This document shows, in pieces, positions 39,562 to 48,518 of a DNA stretch of 64,000 nucleotides (position 1 is its first letter; each line of letters begins with the position of its first letter). Both the position numbers and the translations under genes were made by a program. The notes below the pieces were generated by a model that did no database searches, was not told the origin of the DNA, and worked only from the letters and a program-made list of their open reading frames with translations. The DNA lies in NCBI GenBank assembly GCA_023267375.1, contig JAHFNJ010000002.1, positions 23,634 to 87,633 on the forward strand, written 5' to 3'. The DNA is from Candidatus Nomurabacteria bacterium. Its GTDB lineage: Bacteria; Patescibacteriota; Minisyncoccia; Phycocordibacterales; UBA9973.

Positions 39562-39700
39562 TGGTATTTCTCTGTTTTTCTAAAAATATATCGATTTCTT
39601 TCTCGGCTTGTGCGTAAGTATCATCAATCTGTTCTAGCCAGTTTTTTTTAACCACATCCATCTCTTGTAAGAGTTCTTTTATTCTTGTTTTTTCGTCCAT
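39554..39700 (-). CDS. Small 48-aa ORF overlapping the start of the 487-aa gene (speculative; could be a leader peptide or a frameshifted N-terminus)
   Basis: It reads MDEKTRIKELLQEMDVVKKNWLEQIDDTYAQAEKEIDIFLEKQRNTNA. Its TGA lies within the ATGCTTGA of the downstream start. Confidence 0.2.
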   Translation of the reverse strand: MDEKTRIKELLQEMDVVKKNWLEQIDDTYAQAEKEIDIFLEKQRNTNA

Positions 39701-39823
39701 ATAAAAAGTATATCATATTGAGCAGAGTCCTAATTTAGGGTACCTCAGGGTTATTTTAGAGCCTCTCCTGAGGTGATATACTAAGCTTGTTTTTGAGGAT
39801 TAAAAAATACCTAAAATTACTTA

Positions 39824-41263
39824 ATGTTTTCTAAAAAAACTTTTATTATTGTCACTATATTCTTTATTACGGCAACTTTACTCACGCCACTCTTTTTAGT
39901 TTCGGCTGTTGACGAGGGGAGTGTTCCACCAGCAGATGATGGTTCGGGAAGCGTTACTCCTCCTGCGGATCCCAAAACAGTCGATCCTGTCCCGTCTGAC
40001 CCAGGTGGATCAGGATCGACTGACCCTACTCCCGCACCCATTGTTACTGATCCTGCTCCACCAGCCAGTGATCCGGTCCAACCAGCTCCTTCACCAAAGG
40101 AGACAAGTACTCCTCCCTCTACGCCAGTTTTTACTACTGGGGGATCGACACAGCCAACTATTGCTCCCGAGGTATCAACTGAAGACTTTTCTGCAGTTAA
40201 TCCTACGACTCAAAATCCAGACTCATCAAAAAATAATCTTGCGTTGATTATTGGGGCGCTCGCGCTTTTTGGTGGAGGAGTATTTGCATTTAAGGCGAAT
40301 CAGAAAAAGAATGATGGCCCATGCGATACAATAAAAACAAAGCTTGAGCAGAAGAAGACTGAATTGGCAAACGTTGATCAAAAACTTTCCCTGCAAGAGA
40401 TTGCTAAACAAAAATTGGCAGAAGAGATTGAGAATAAAAAAGAAAGTCTTAAAGAAAAAGCAATTACCAAAGTGAAAGATAAGACGCTCGAAAAGATAAA
40501 TAGTGAAATTCTCAAAAAGACTATTGAAAAAGCTGAGAAGGGGAAAGAACTATATGACACGCTGGTTGAAAAGAAAGATGAAGCCGAGAAGTTGATTGAA
40601 GTTTTAAAAGCAAAACGGCAAGGACTTTCAAGTGAAGTGCAGAAACTCGAATCGGAATATAAGGTGTGTGTGGCTGGCGTAACGAGTGCCTCAGTTGTTA
40701 AAAAAGGGGGAATAGTACTTCCGTTACTGGGAAGTATGCCAAAAAAAATCTATATCACGGGTGTTTCTGGAACAGGGAAATCTAGTATAGCTTTAAAACT
40801 AGCAGAAAAAGGAATTCCCTCAATTGATATAGATGAAATAAAAGATTTATGCAAATGGGTACACAAGGACACAAAAGAAATTACTCATTGGTATCCTGGG
40901 GTCGGCGGTCAGTTCTTTGAGTCCTATAAGTATATTTGTGATAAAGAAAAATTGATTAGTTTAATGGGAGAACATAAAAATGAAACTGTTGTAGTTGTAG
41001 GACTCGCAGATAATCAATCAGAATTTTTTGATTTATTTGATACGGTATTTCTATTTCAGTGTAAACCAGATGTTTTTTTGAAAAGAATTACCGATAGAAC
41101 AAATCATGATTTTGGAAAACATGATTCCGAAAAGAAAATGATTTTGGGTTGGTACAAGGATTTTGAAAAAGAAGTGTTAGAAAAGAAAGCAATCCCAATA
41201 GATACTGAAGCTCCACTTGAGAAAGTGCTCAAAGTTGTTATTTCTGAGATTGGAAAACTATGA
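39824..41263 (+). CDS. Single-pass membrane protein: signal peptide, Pro/Thr-rich extracellular region, TM helix, coiled coil and a cytoplasmic P-loop kinase-like (AAA_18/shikimate-kinase-like) domain
   Basis: The signal reads MFSKKTFIIVTIFFITATLLTPLFLVSA. The P/T/D/S-rich low-complexity stretch is about 110 aa. The TM helix is LALIIGALALFGGGVFAF. The Walker A motif is KIYITGVSGTGKSSIALKL, and a Walker B-like hhhhD motif is VVVVGLAD. Confidence 0.5.
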   Translation: MFSKKTFIIVTIFFITATLLTPLFLVSAVDEGSVPPADDGSGSVTPPADPKTVDPVPSDPGGSGSTDPTPAPIVTDPAPPASDPVQPAPSPKETSTPPSTPVFTTGGSTQPTIAPEVSTEDFSAVNPTTQNPDSSKNNLALIIGALALFGGGVFAFKANQKKNDGPCDTIKTKLEQKKTELANVDQKLSLQEIAKQKLAEEIENKKESLKEKAITKVKDKTLEKINSEILKKTIEKAEKGKELYDTLVEKKDEAEKLIEVLKAKRQGLSSEVQKLESEYKVCVAGVTSASVVKKGGIVLPLLGSMPKKIYITGVSGTGKSSIALKLAEKGIPSIDIDEIKDLCKWVHKDTKEITHWYPGVGGQFFESYKYICDKEKLISLMGEHKNETVVVVGLADNQSEFFDLFDTVFLFQCKPDVFLKRITDRTNHDFGKHDSEKKMILGWYKDFEKEVLEKKAIPIDTEAPLEKVLKVVISEIGKL

Positions 41264-41505
41264 CCTTTTTCATTTATATTCTCGAATGCGTTGACGCGAC
41301 ATTGTATGTCGGCTCTACGAATGATCTTGAAAAGAGAGTGCATGCGCATAATCACTTAAAGAGTGGTGCGCACTATACCAAAATTCGCCGGCCGGTGGTG
41401 TTGAAATATTCTGAAAAAGTACGAACGTATGCAAAAGCTCGAAGCAGGGAAGCAGAATTGAAGAGATTGAGTCGGGGAGAGAAACTCAAGTTAATAAAAA
41501 AATAA
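41260..41505 (+). CDS. Small GIY-YIG nuclease-superfamily protein (UPF0213/YhbQ-like)
   Basis: It reads IYILECVDATLYVGSTNDLEKRVHAHN...YTKIRRPVVLKY.E..R..A..RE...K, the GIY-YIG motifs. Its ATG overlaps the upstream stop (ATGA). Confidence 0.7.
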   Translation: MTFFIYILECVDATLYVGSTNDLEKRVHAHNHLKSGAHYTKIRRPVVLKYSEKVRTYAKARSREAELKRLSRGEKLKLIKK

Positions 41506-41508
41506 GGA

Positions 41509-42297
41509 CTATTCTTTATACGGTTTCGCAGTGCTCCATAATCCTTCAAAGAGTGCCGAGATAGTATCGTTGTGCTCCTTTGAGGTGACTAAAATCGCGT
41601 AGCAGTTCTCGTATGAAGAAATGTAGAGTGTTTTATCATCAAAGAGAAAGATGGTCGTTTTAAATTTTCCCTTCATGACGTCTGGGAGCATGCGAATTCT
41701 TGAAAACGTTGCGTAGTATTTTTTAAAATCGGATGGTTTTATTTTTGCTTCCCATAAATTGCGGGTAGTGATATTTCGCTGGCGACGCTCCTCCACATAC
41801 TTTCGGATGAATTCTTCACCGAATCCCCAGAAAAATGTATGTTCGGGTACGATCAGATCAACTTTTTTACTTTTTGCATACATCACATCCATTACGACAT
41901 GTTTTACCGCATCGACTCCTTCAAAAAAAGAGACCATTGGCTTTTCAATCTTTGATGCTGATGATGAAACCAGGCTTGGCAGAAGCTCGCCGATTTGTTC
42001 AGTGAGATTTACCGCTTCATCTTCTTTTTCGCGGGCGATAGCAACCAGGCGTTCAAAAGGGGAAAGGGTAAACGTAAAGTCCGACTGCTTGCCCGATTTT
42101 GAAACCAGCCCTCTCTTCTCAAGCGAGTTCAATGCATAGTAAATAGTCGGCCGTTTCATCTTGGTCGTCTTCATGAGATCGTGCGCAGTTCGAGCACCAG
42201 CCACCATGCGCAAGTAGACGGTGATTTCGGATTCCGTCAGTCCCAATTTTTGCAGTTGTTTCTCTGGTTGATTCATCCGGTTAGTGAGAAATGGCAT
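41509..42297 (-). CDS. TrmB-family transcriptional regulator
   Basis: The N-terminal wHTH reads LQKLGLTESEITVYLRMVAGARTAHDLMKTTKMKRPTIYYALNSLEKRGLV, followed by a C-terminal TrmB-type domain. The true start may be the second ATG at 42276 (see findings). Confidence 0.65.
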   Translation of the reverse strand: MPFLTNRMNQPEKQLQKLGLTESEITVYLRMVAGARTAHDLMKTTKMKRPTIYYALNSLEKRGLVSKSGKQSDFTFTLSPFERLVAIAREKEDEAVNLTEQIGELLPSLVSSSASKIEKPMVSFFEGVDAVKHVVMDVMYAKSKKVDLIVPEHTFFWGFGEEFIRKYVEERRQRNITTRNLWEAKIKPSDFKKYYATFSRIRMLPDVMKGKFKTTIFLFDDKTLYISSYENCYAILVTSKEHNDTISALFEGLWSTAKPYKE

Positions 42298-42513
42298 TAT
42301 TGGTTTTTGCCGTCTTTTATTAAGTTGTAATTAGTAATTATCATTTTGCAATATGTATATCTTCAACCAATGCCTCACTACCGCTCGGCGATGCCATTTT
42401 CTACTACGGGATTCATTTGTCTAATGGCTATTATACACTATTAAACAAAATGTCACAAGGGGGTAGAGTTGAGAAAACGTTATTTCACATTCTAATCCTT
42501 AAATATAAAGCTT

Positions 42514-43101
42514 ATGACAACTGTTCTTATTCAAGCACTTGAGCCCCTGTGGTTCGTGCTACAACTCTTCCTCTTATGGCTCGCTGCGGACTTTATTACC
42601 GGTGTGGTGCACTGGTGGCAAGATGCCTATGGCAATCCGAAATGGCCGATTATCGGCAAGTTCGTTATTGAGCCAAATCTGATTCATCATCAAAATCCGC
42701 GTCACATGTTGCAAGGGAATTACTGGTATCGGGTGAATACCTCGGTGTTTACCGCTGTTATTCTTTCCGTAACATTTTGGTTGCTCGGTTGGCATTCATG
42801 GCAGATGGTGGTGTGTCTTATGTTCTGCAGTCAGGGAAATGAAATCCATGCCATGGGACATCGTACTGATAAAGAAAATGGAAAGTTTATCTGTGCACTT
42901 CAGAAAATCGGCATTATTCAGACAAGGAGAACACATGGTTGGCACCATAAGGCGCCGTATGATACAAACTTTTGTGTCATGACGGAGTTCTTGAATCCAG
43001 CGCTCAACTGGATCGGATTTTGGAATAAGGTAGAATGGTCTTTGCAAAAATTTTTCAAGATAAAAGTCTTGCGAGGGTCTGCTGTCCGTCAAGGAATCTA
43101 A
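42514..43101 (+). CDS. His-box polytopic membrane protein, CarF/TMEM189 (Kua domain, lipid desaturase-like) family
   Basis: Four TM segments carry the His-rich motifs HWWQDAYG, IHHQNPRH, HAMGHR and HGWHHKAPYD. Confidence 0.4.
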   Translation: MTTVLIQALEPLWFVLQLFLLWLAADFITGVVHWWQDAYGNPKWPIIGKFVIEPNLIHHQNPRHMLQGNYWYRVNTSVFTAVILSVTFWLLGWHSWQMVVCLMFCSQGNEIHAMGHRTDKENGKFICALQKIGIIQTRRTHGWHHKAPYDTNFCVMTEFLNPALNWIGFWNKVEWSLQKFFKIKVLRGSAVRQGI

Positions 43102-43200
43102 AATGAATTTAAAATCTCCGGTTGAAAGACTGGAGATTTTTGTATGTACCTTGGAGTGCTTTGATGTGCTAGAATCAGGCCTGTTAGCATATCTATCGCA

Positions 43201-44451
43201 ATGGAAAACAAAAACCAAAAATTTGATGTCATTGTTGTCGGGGGAGGAGCCTCGGGGATGATGGCGGCTGGGCGAGCGGCAGAACTTGGCAAAAAAGTAT
43301 TGCTCCTTGAGAAGAATAAGAAGCTCGGCGAGAAACTCAAAATTTCTGGCGGTGGCAGATGTAACATTACAAATGCCGAAGAAGATGAGCGGATTTTTTT
43401 GCAAAAATATGGAACCAATGAGCAGTTTCTCTACTCAGCTTTTTCACAGTTTGGAATGAAGGATACATTCTCTTTTTTTGAGAAAAAAGGTTTGCCACTC
43501 GTGGTACAGGCGCGCAAGCGTGCCTTTCCGCATACCGAGAAAGCGCTCGATGTTTACGCGACCCTTTTGAAGTATCTGCAATCAGGTAATGTAACTATTA
43601 TGCCGAATGTTTCGGTGACAAAAATAAATAGTGAAGATAAAAAAATTGTTTCAGTCATGTGTGGTCGGCAAGAATATAAAGCAGCGTCGTATATTATTGC
43701 GACGGGTGGTGTGTCGCATCCCGAAACTGGTTCAACAGGGGATGGCTTTTTGTGGCTTAAAAAAATGGGACACACGGTGGCCGACCCAACACCGACCATC
43801 GTACCGATTGCCGTAGCTGATGAATGGATCAAAGTGCTCGCGGGGACGTCGCTCTCGTTCATGAAAATCACCTTCTTTTCTGAAGGTAAAAAAAAGTTTT
43901 CAAAAACAGGGAAAGTACTCTTTACCCATTTTGGCCTCTCTGGACCGCTCATTTTAAATAGTGCGAGTCAGGTGGCGGATTTATTGCACAGCGGAGCGGT
44001 GACGGCGACCATTGACGCATATCCAGATACTGACCTTGGGGCGCTTGAGAAGAAAATTATTGCAGTGTTTGATGCAAACAAAAACAAAATGCTCAAGAAT
44101 ATTTTCAAAGAGATTACGCCGCCCGGAACAGCGGAAAGTATTTTGTCGCTCTTGAAAGAGAAGATCGTTCCTGAAACAAAAGTGCATAGCGTGACCAAAG
44201 AGCAACGCAAAATAATTGTGCATTTATTGAAAGCATTGCCAGTGACTGTTACGGGGCTCATGGGTTTTGATCGGGCGGTGGTGGCCGATGGAGGTGTGCC
44301 ACTTTCAGAAATAGATACGAAAACAATGCGTTCGAAGAAAATCGAAAATCTTTTTATTACTGGCGATCTACTACATATTAATCGTCCCTCTGGTGGCTAC
44401 TCGCTTCAGCTTTGCTGGACCACGGGCTTTGTAGCGGGGAGCAATGCGTAA
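43201..44451 (+). CDS. FAD-dependent flavoprotein of the HI0933/BaiN (aminoacetone oxidase-like) family
   Basis: It has the Rossmann motif FDVIVVGGGASGMMAAGRAAELG and ISGGGRCNITN, and is 416 aa. Confidence 0.8.
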   Translation: MENKNQKFDVIVVGGGASGMMAAGRAAELGKKVLLLEKNKKLGEKLKISGGGRCNITNAEEDERIFLQKYGTNEQFLYSAFSQFGMKDTFSFFEKKGLPLVVQARKRAFPHTEKALDVYATLLKYLQSGNVTIMPNVSVTKINSEDKKIVSVMCGRQEYKAASYIIATGGVSHPETGSTGDGFLWLKKMGHTVADPTPTIVPIAVADEWIKVLAGTSLSFMKITFFSEGKKKFSKTGKVLFTHFGLSGPLILNSASQVADLLHSGAVTATIDAYPDTDLGALEKKIIAVFDANKNKMLKNIFKEITPPGTAESILSLLKEKIVPETKVHSVTKEQRKIIVHLLKALPVTVTGLMGFDRAVVADGGVPLSEIDTKTMRSKKIENLFITGDLLHINRPSGGYSLQLCWTTGFVAGSNA

Positions 44452-44475
44452 AAATATGCTATACTCCCTCATCTA

Positions 44476-45948
44476 ATGTCTAAAAACGAAACGATCGTCA
44501 GATTTGAGAAAGTCTCATTTGAATACGGAGTGAACAAGCCCATCTTAGACGAGGTGGATTTTTCGATTCGCCGAGGCGCAAAAATAACCCTGATGGGTCA
44601 GAACGGCGCAGGGAAAAGTACCATCTTCGGGCTCATTACAGGCACACTTGAACCAGAAAACGGTACGGTCAATATTGTAAATGGTGTGACAATTGCCATT
44701 GGCCGACAGGTCATTCCACGCGAGGATCTGGGGCTCACGGTTCGCGAATTTTTCCAGAAATGTTTTCCGAAAAAAGTGTATGATATCGATCCGAAAATCG
44801 ATGATGTGCTCGAAGTTGTACATCTCGTCGGTCACGAAAAAGTGCACGACCGCGTTATTAAAACATTTTCTGGAGGACAGCAGGCGCGACTACTTCTTGC
44901 ATCGGCACTGATTCAAAATCCGGATGTGTTGTTGCTCGACGAGCCGACGAACAATTTAGATAAAGCTGGCATTGCACACCTCACGCAATTTTTGATTGAT
45001 TATCAGAAGACCGTACTTGTCATTTCTCACGATGCAGAATTTTTGAATGCCTTTACCGAAGGCGTGCTCTACCTCGACATCTACACCAGAAAAATTGAAA
45101 GCTATACCGGCAACTACCACAACGTAGTGAAAGATATCGCGGCGCGTATTGAAAAGGAAAATATGAAGAATGCACAGCTTTCTAAAGAGATTCAGGCAAA
45201 GAAGGATCAAGCAAACAAATTTGCTATGAAAGGAGGAAACTTGCGCGCGGTTGCCAAACGGATGCGTACACTTGCAGCAGAATTGGAAGAAGAGCAGGTA
45301 GATGTGCGAAAGGAAGATAAAGTCATTCGACCGTTTACCATTCCCATGCAAGAGGATGTGATGGGTGAACTCATCAATATTTCGTCGTTCACCATGATGA
45401 AGAATCACAAAGTGGTCAGTCGTACCGCAAATATTTCCCTCAAGAAAAATACAAGGCTCTTGCTCCGTGGACCAAATGGTATTGGTAAAAGTACGCTTTT
45501 GGAAACACTGGCCAGTGGAAAATCTGCCGGCGCAAAAATCAAAGAGGGAATTCGTGTGGGCTACTACCGCCAAGATTTTTCAACACTCAATTTTGAAGAT
45601 ACCGTATATCAGTCACTCGCTGAAGCGCTAACGAGTACCGGGCATAAGCTTGACGAGCAATTTATGCGCAGTGTTGCGGCAGGGTTTTTAATCACCGGCG
45701 AAATGATTTATACAAAAGTGGGAAGTTTGTCAGAAGGGCAGAAGGGCCTCGTGGCGTTTGCGCGACTCGTACTACAGCGACCAGGACTTTTGATTCTCGA
45801 TGAGCCGACCAACCATATCAATTTCCGCCATCTGCCGATCATTGCGAAAGCCCTCGATCAATACCAAGGCGCGATGATTCTTGTTTCGCACGTGCCAGAA
45901 TTTGTGGCACAAATTCGCATTGATGAGACTTTTGATCTCGATAAGTAA
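44476..45948 (+). CDS. ABC-F type ATPase (two ABC cassettes, no TM domain)
   Basis: The Walker A motifs are GQNGAGKST and GPNGIGKST. The signatures are FSGGQQARLLLA and LSEGQKGLVAFA. Confidence 0.8.
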   Translation: MSKNETIVRFEKVSFEYGVNKPILDEVDFSIRRGAKITLMGQNGAGKSTIFGLITGTLEPENGTVNIVNGVTIAIGRQVIPREDLGLTVREFFQKCFPKKVYDIDPKIDDVLEVVHLVGHEKVHDRVIKTFSGGQQARLLLASALIQNPDVLLLDEPTNNLDKAGIAHLTQFLIDYQKTVLVISHDAEFLNAFTEGVLYLDIYTRKIESYTGNYHNVVKDIAARIEKENMKNAQLSKEIQAKKDQANKFAMKGGNLRAVAKRMRTLAAELEEEQVDVRKEDKVIRPFTIPMQEDVMGELINISSFTMMKNHKVVSRTANISLKKNTRLLLRGPNGIGKSTLLETLASGKSAGAKIKEGIRVGYYRQDFSTLNFEDTVYQSLAEALTSTGHKLDEQFMRSVAAGFLITGEMIYTKVGSLSEGQKGLVAFARLVLQRPGLLILDEPTNHINFRHLPIIAKALDQYQGAMILVSHVPEFVAQIRIDETFDLDK

Positions 45949-46003
45949 AAGATCTCCACACCTACCAAGTGAAATAACAATGGATATTTAGTACAATATC
46001 CAT

Positions 46004-46696
46004 ATGAAAAAATATCATATATTCCTCATCTGTGCTTTTTTAGCAGTATGGATTTGGGCGGCGATTAATCCAGTCTTTCCTCATGACTGGCTCCTCGAGA
46101 ATTATCTCGTCTTTATTTTTGTTCCGGTTATTCTTTTACTTGGGCATTACTTCAAACTTTCAAAAGTATCGTATACGTTGATTACAATTTTTATGATTTT
46201 GCATGTCATCGGTTCGCACTATACCTACGAGCATGTGCCGTTTGGTGACACGCTCGAACGATGGTTCGGTGCGGATCGAAATATGTATGATCGACTCGTC
46301 CATTTCTCATGTGGATTTCTTATGTTCTATCCGATTCGTGAAGTGTTCATGCGCCTCGCGCATGTTCGTGGCTTCTGGTCCTACCTTTTGCCGATTGATT
46401 TATGGGGATCGTTTTCTGCTATTTATGAAATATTAGAATGGCAAGCTGCAAAGAACGTTGATCCTGCCGCTGGGATTGCCTTTTTGGGTAGCCAGGGAGA
46501 TGTGTGGGATGCGCAAAAGGATATGTTTATGGCGCTTATCGGTGCGGTTGTTGCAGCGCTCATTGTTGCTACCATTAATATGATATACAAGAAAGATTTT
46601 TGGAAAGATATGCGTGAGAGCTTTAAACTCGATAGAAAAGATCATCCACTCGGAGAAGAAGAATTGACTAGAATGTCACACACAACAACCCAATAA
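46004..46696 (+). CDS. YjdF/DUF2238-like inner membrane protein
   Basis: It has 6 TM helices and the YTYEHVPFGD...YDRLVHF pattern. Confidence 0.45.
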   Translation: MKKYHIFLICAFLAVWIWAAINPVFPHDWLLENYLVFIFVPVILLLGHYFKLSKVSYTLITIFMILHVIGSHYTYEHVPFGDTLERWFGADRNMYDRLVHFSCGFLMFYPIREVFMRLAHVRGFWSYLLPIDLWGSFSAIYEILEWQAAKNVDPAAGIAFLGSQGDVWDAQKDMFMALIGAVVAALIVATINMIYKKDFWKDMRESFKLDRKDHPLGEEELTRMSHTTTQ

Positions 46697-46720
46697 ATAG
46701 TACTTTGCAATTATGCCCTT

Positions 46721-47500
46721 TTGCTCTATAGTACCCATTACATGAAATCAGACAAAATATTTATTTACGGCAAACATGCACTCATAGAGGCGCTTTCGAA
46801 TAATCCCAAGGCCATCAAGAAAGTCTATCTTTCGCCGAAACAGAATGATCCAACACTTCGTGATCTTATTCGAAAGGTAGGTGTTTCCATGGCGCCGCTT
46901 GAACAGAAACAAGTTCATGGTATTGAGGGGCAGGCGACACATCAAGGAGTGATTGGCGTCACTTCTACCTCCGACTTAGTCCGACCATTTAAAGATTTTT
47001 TGGCTACACTTAAAGTAGGTGACAATACTGCACTCGTGCTTTTGGGTGAGCTCGAAGATCCGCACAATGTCGGTGCTATTATTCGGAGCGCCGCAGCTTT
47101 TGGGATTTCTGGCGTCCTCATTCCGGAACACAATCAAGCGCCAGTTACTGGGGCGGTTATCAAAGTATCTGCGGGTATGGCATTTCGCGTCCCGCTTGTC
47201 TCAATCGGTAACATTAATCAAACACTTCGCGAACTCAAAGATGCTGGATTTACGGTATACGGTCTGGCGGGTGAAGCAGGAGCAAAATCAATTACCGAAA
47301 AATCATTCGATACGCCATCAGTATTTGTCGTCGGCAACGAAGGGGATGGTATTCGCCAAAAAACACGTGAGTACTGTGATGAGCTCGTGGCAATCCCGAT
47401 GCATCCAAAATGTGAATCATTGAACGCTGCAGCGTCTGCATCGATCGCTTTATATGCATGGAGTGCGAAACATCCGGAAGCGCTTAAGAAAAAAAATTAA
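46721..47500 (+). CDS. TrmH/SpoU family rRNA 2'-O-methyltransferase (RlmB-like)
   Basis: It has the SPOUT motifs LVLLGELEDPHNVGAIIRSAAAFG, VVGNEGDGI and ESLNAAASASIALY. Confidence 0.8.
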   Translation: MLYSTHYMKSDKIFIYGKHALIEALSNNPKAIKKVYLSPKQNDPTLRDLIRKVGVSMAPLEQKQVHGIEGQATHQGVIGVTSTSDLVRPFKDFLATLKVGDNTALVLLGELEDPHNVGAIIRSAAAFGISGVLIPEHNQAPVTGAVIKVSAGMAFRVPLVSIGNINQTLRELKDAGFTVYGLAGEAGAKSITEKSFDTPSVFVVGNEGDGIRQKTREYCDELVAIPMHPKCESLNAAASASIALYAWSAKHPEALKKKN

Positions 47501-47514
47501 ATTCAGACGAGGGC

Positions 47515-48162
47515 TTAGATCCCTCCGTGGACTAGAAAGAATCCATAGAGTAGAGCGCAAAAATTGAGTACTGCGTGAGAGAGCACAATGAGCGGTAGGC
47601 TTGGATAGCGTATATACATTGTGGCAAAACCGATTCCTCCTATAAAAGCGAGGGGTAACCCTACTTGCGGGTTTTGGAAGAGCATATGCATAAAGGTAAA
47701 GATAATCGTGTTGCAGAGAATGACCACAGCTGTTTCATTGAGTAGTTTTTGTAGCGCGGGGATGAGGTATCCGCGGTAGAGGATTTCCTGGAAAAGGGAC
47801 ACCACAAAGAAAAGGTAGAGGAAATGAGGGTATGTCCACCAGCGCGCGATTTCTTCTTTGCCCAAATTCTCTCCAAGGACACTGATCATGACGACACCAA
47901 CCACGGTGAATAAAATATACTGTGGGTAGTATTTTTTGACGCTCTGCATATCTACGTGGAACATGTTCAATGTCCATTTTTCTTTAATGAGAACAAAGAG
48001 GGTGAGTGCTGCAACTGCGACAAGGACTGGTATGCGCATCGAGATAGGAATAATCCCAAACTTAATGAGTGCGACGGGTAGGATAAAAATGAGTAGTATT
48101 TGCAGAATGAGCTCTGTTTTACTGGTTGTAACCCTGTCTTTTTTGACCAATGAATACTGCAT
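47515..48162 (-). CDS. CPBP family intramembrane metalloprotease (CAAX protease-like)
   Basis: It has the motifs EEIARWW/FQEILYRGYL, FTFMH and HAVLNF across 6 TM helices. Confidence 0.7.
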   Translation of the reverse strand: MQYSLVKKDRVTTSKTELILQILLIFILPVALIKFGIIPISMRIPVLVAVAALTLFVLIKEKWTLNMFHVDMQSVKKYYPQYILFTVVGVVMISVLGENLGKEEIARWWTYPHFLYLFFVVSLFQEILYRGYLIPALQKLLNETAVVILCNTIIFTFMHMLFQNPQVGLPLAFIGGIGFATMYIRYPSLPLIVLSHAVLNFCALLYGFFLVHGGI

Positions 48163-48518
48163 TCTCGTTATTTTAGCATAGTAATCTTATTTCCTTGGTT
48201 TAGTAGATTTTTTTTGTTTTCTTTGGATTTGGACTTTTCCACACGTTAAGCACCTGTTTTCACCAGTTGGAGGTTTCCTTTTTTTGACATTTCATATCAA
48301 AATGGAATCATGAGGGGTTCGCTGTCATGTTTTTTGGCTGCGAACGGCTGGTTTAGGGCATAAAGATAGAGGAAAGGTTCTCTTCTGTTTTAGTTGAGTC
48401 GTATGTGAAAACAAATTATGTAGACTTTTTCGTGGTGGGCTACATTTTATGGGAACACGAGGTCGTGGGTAATTTTAGTAAGTTATGTTTTTATAAGCTA
48501 AATTTAATTTTTAAAAAT

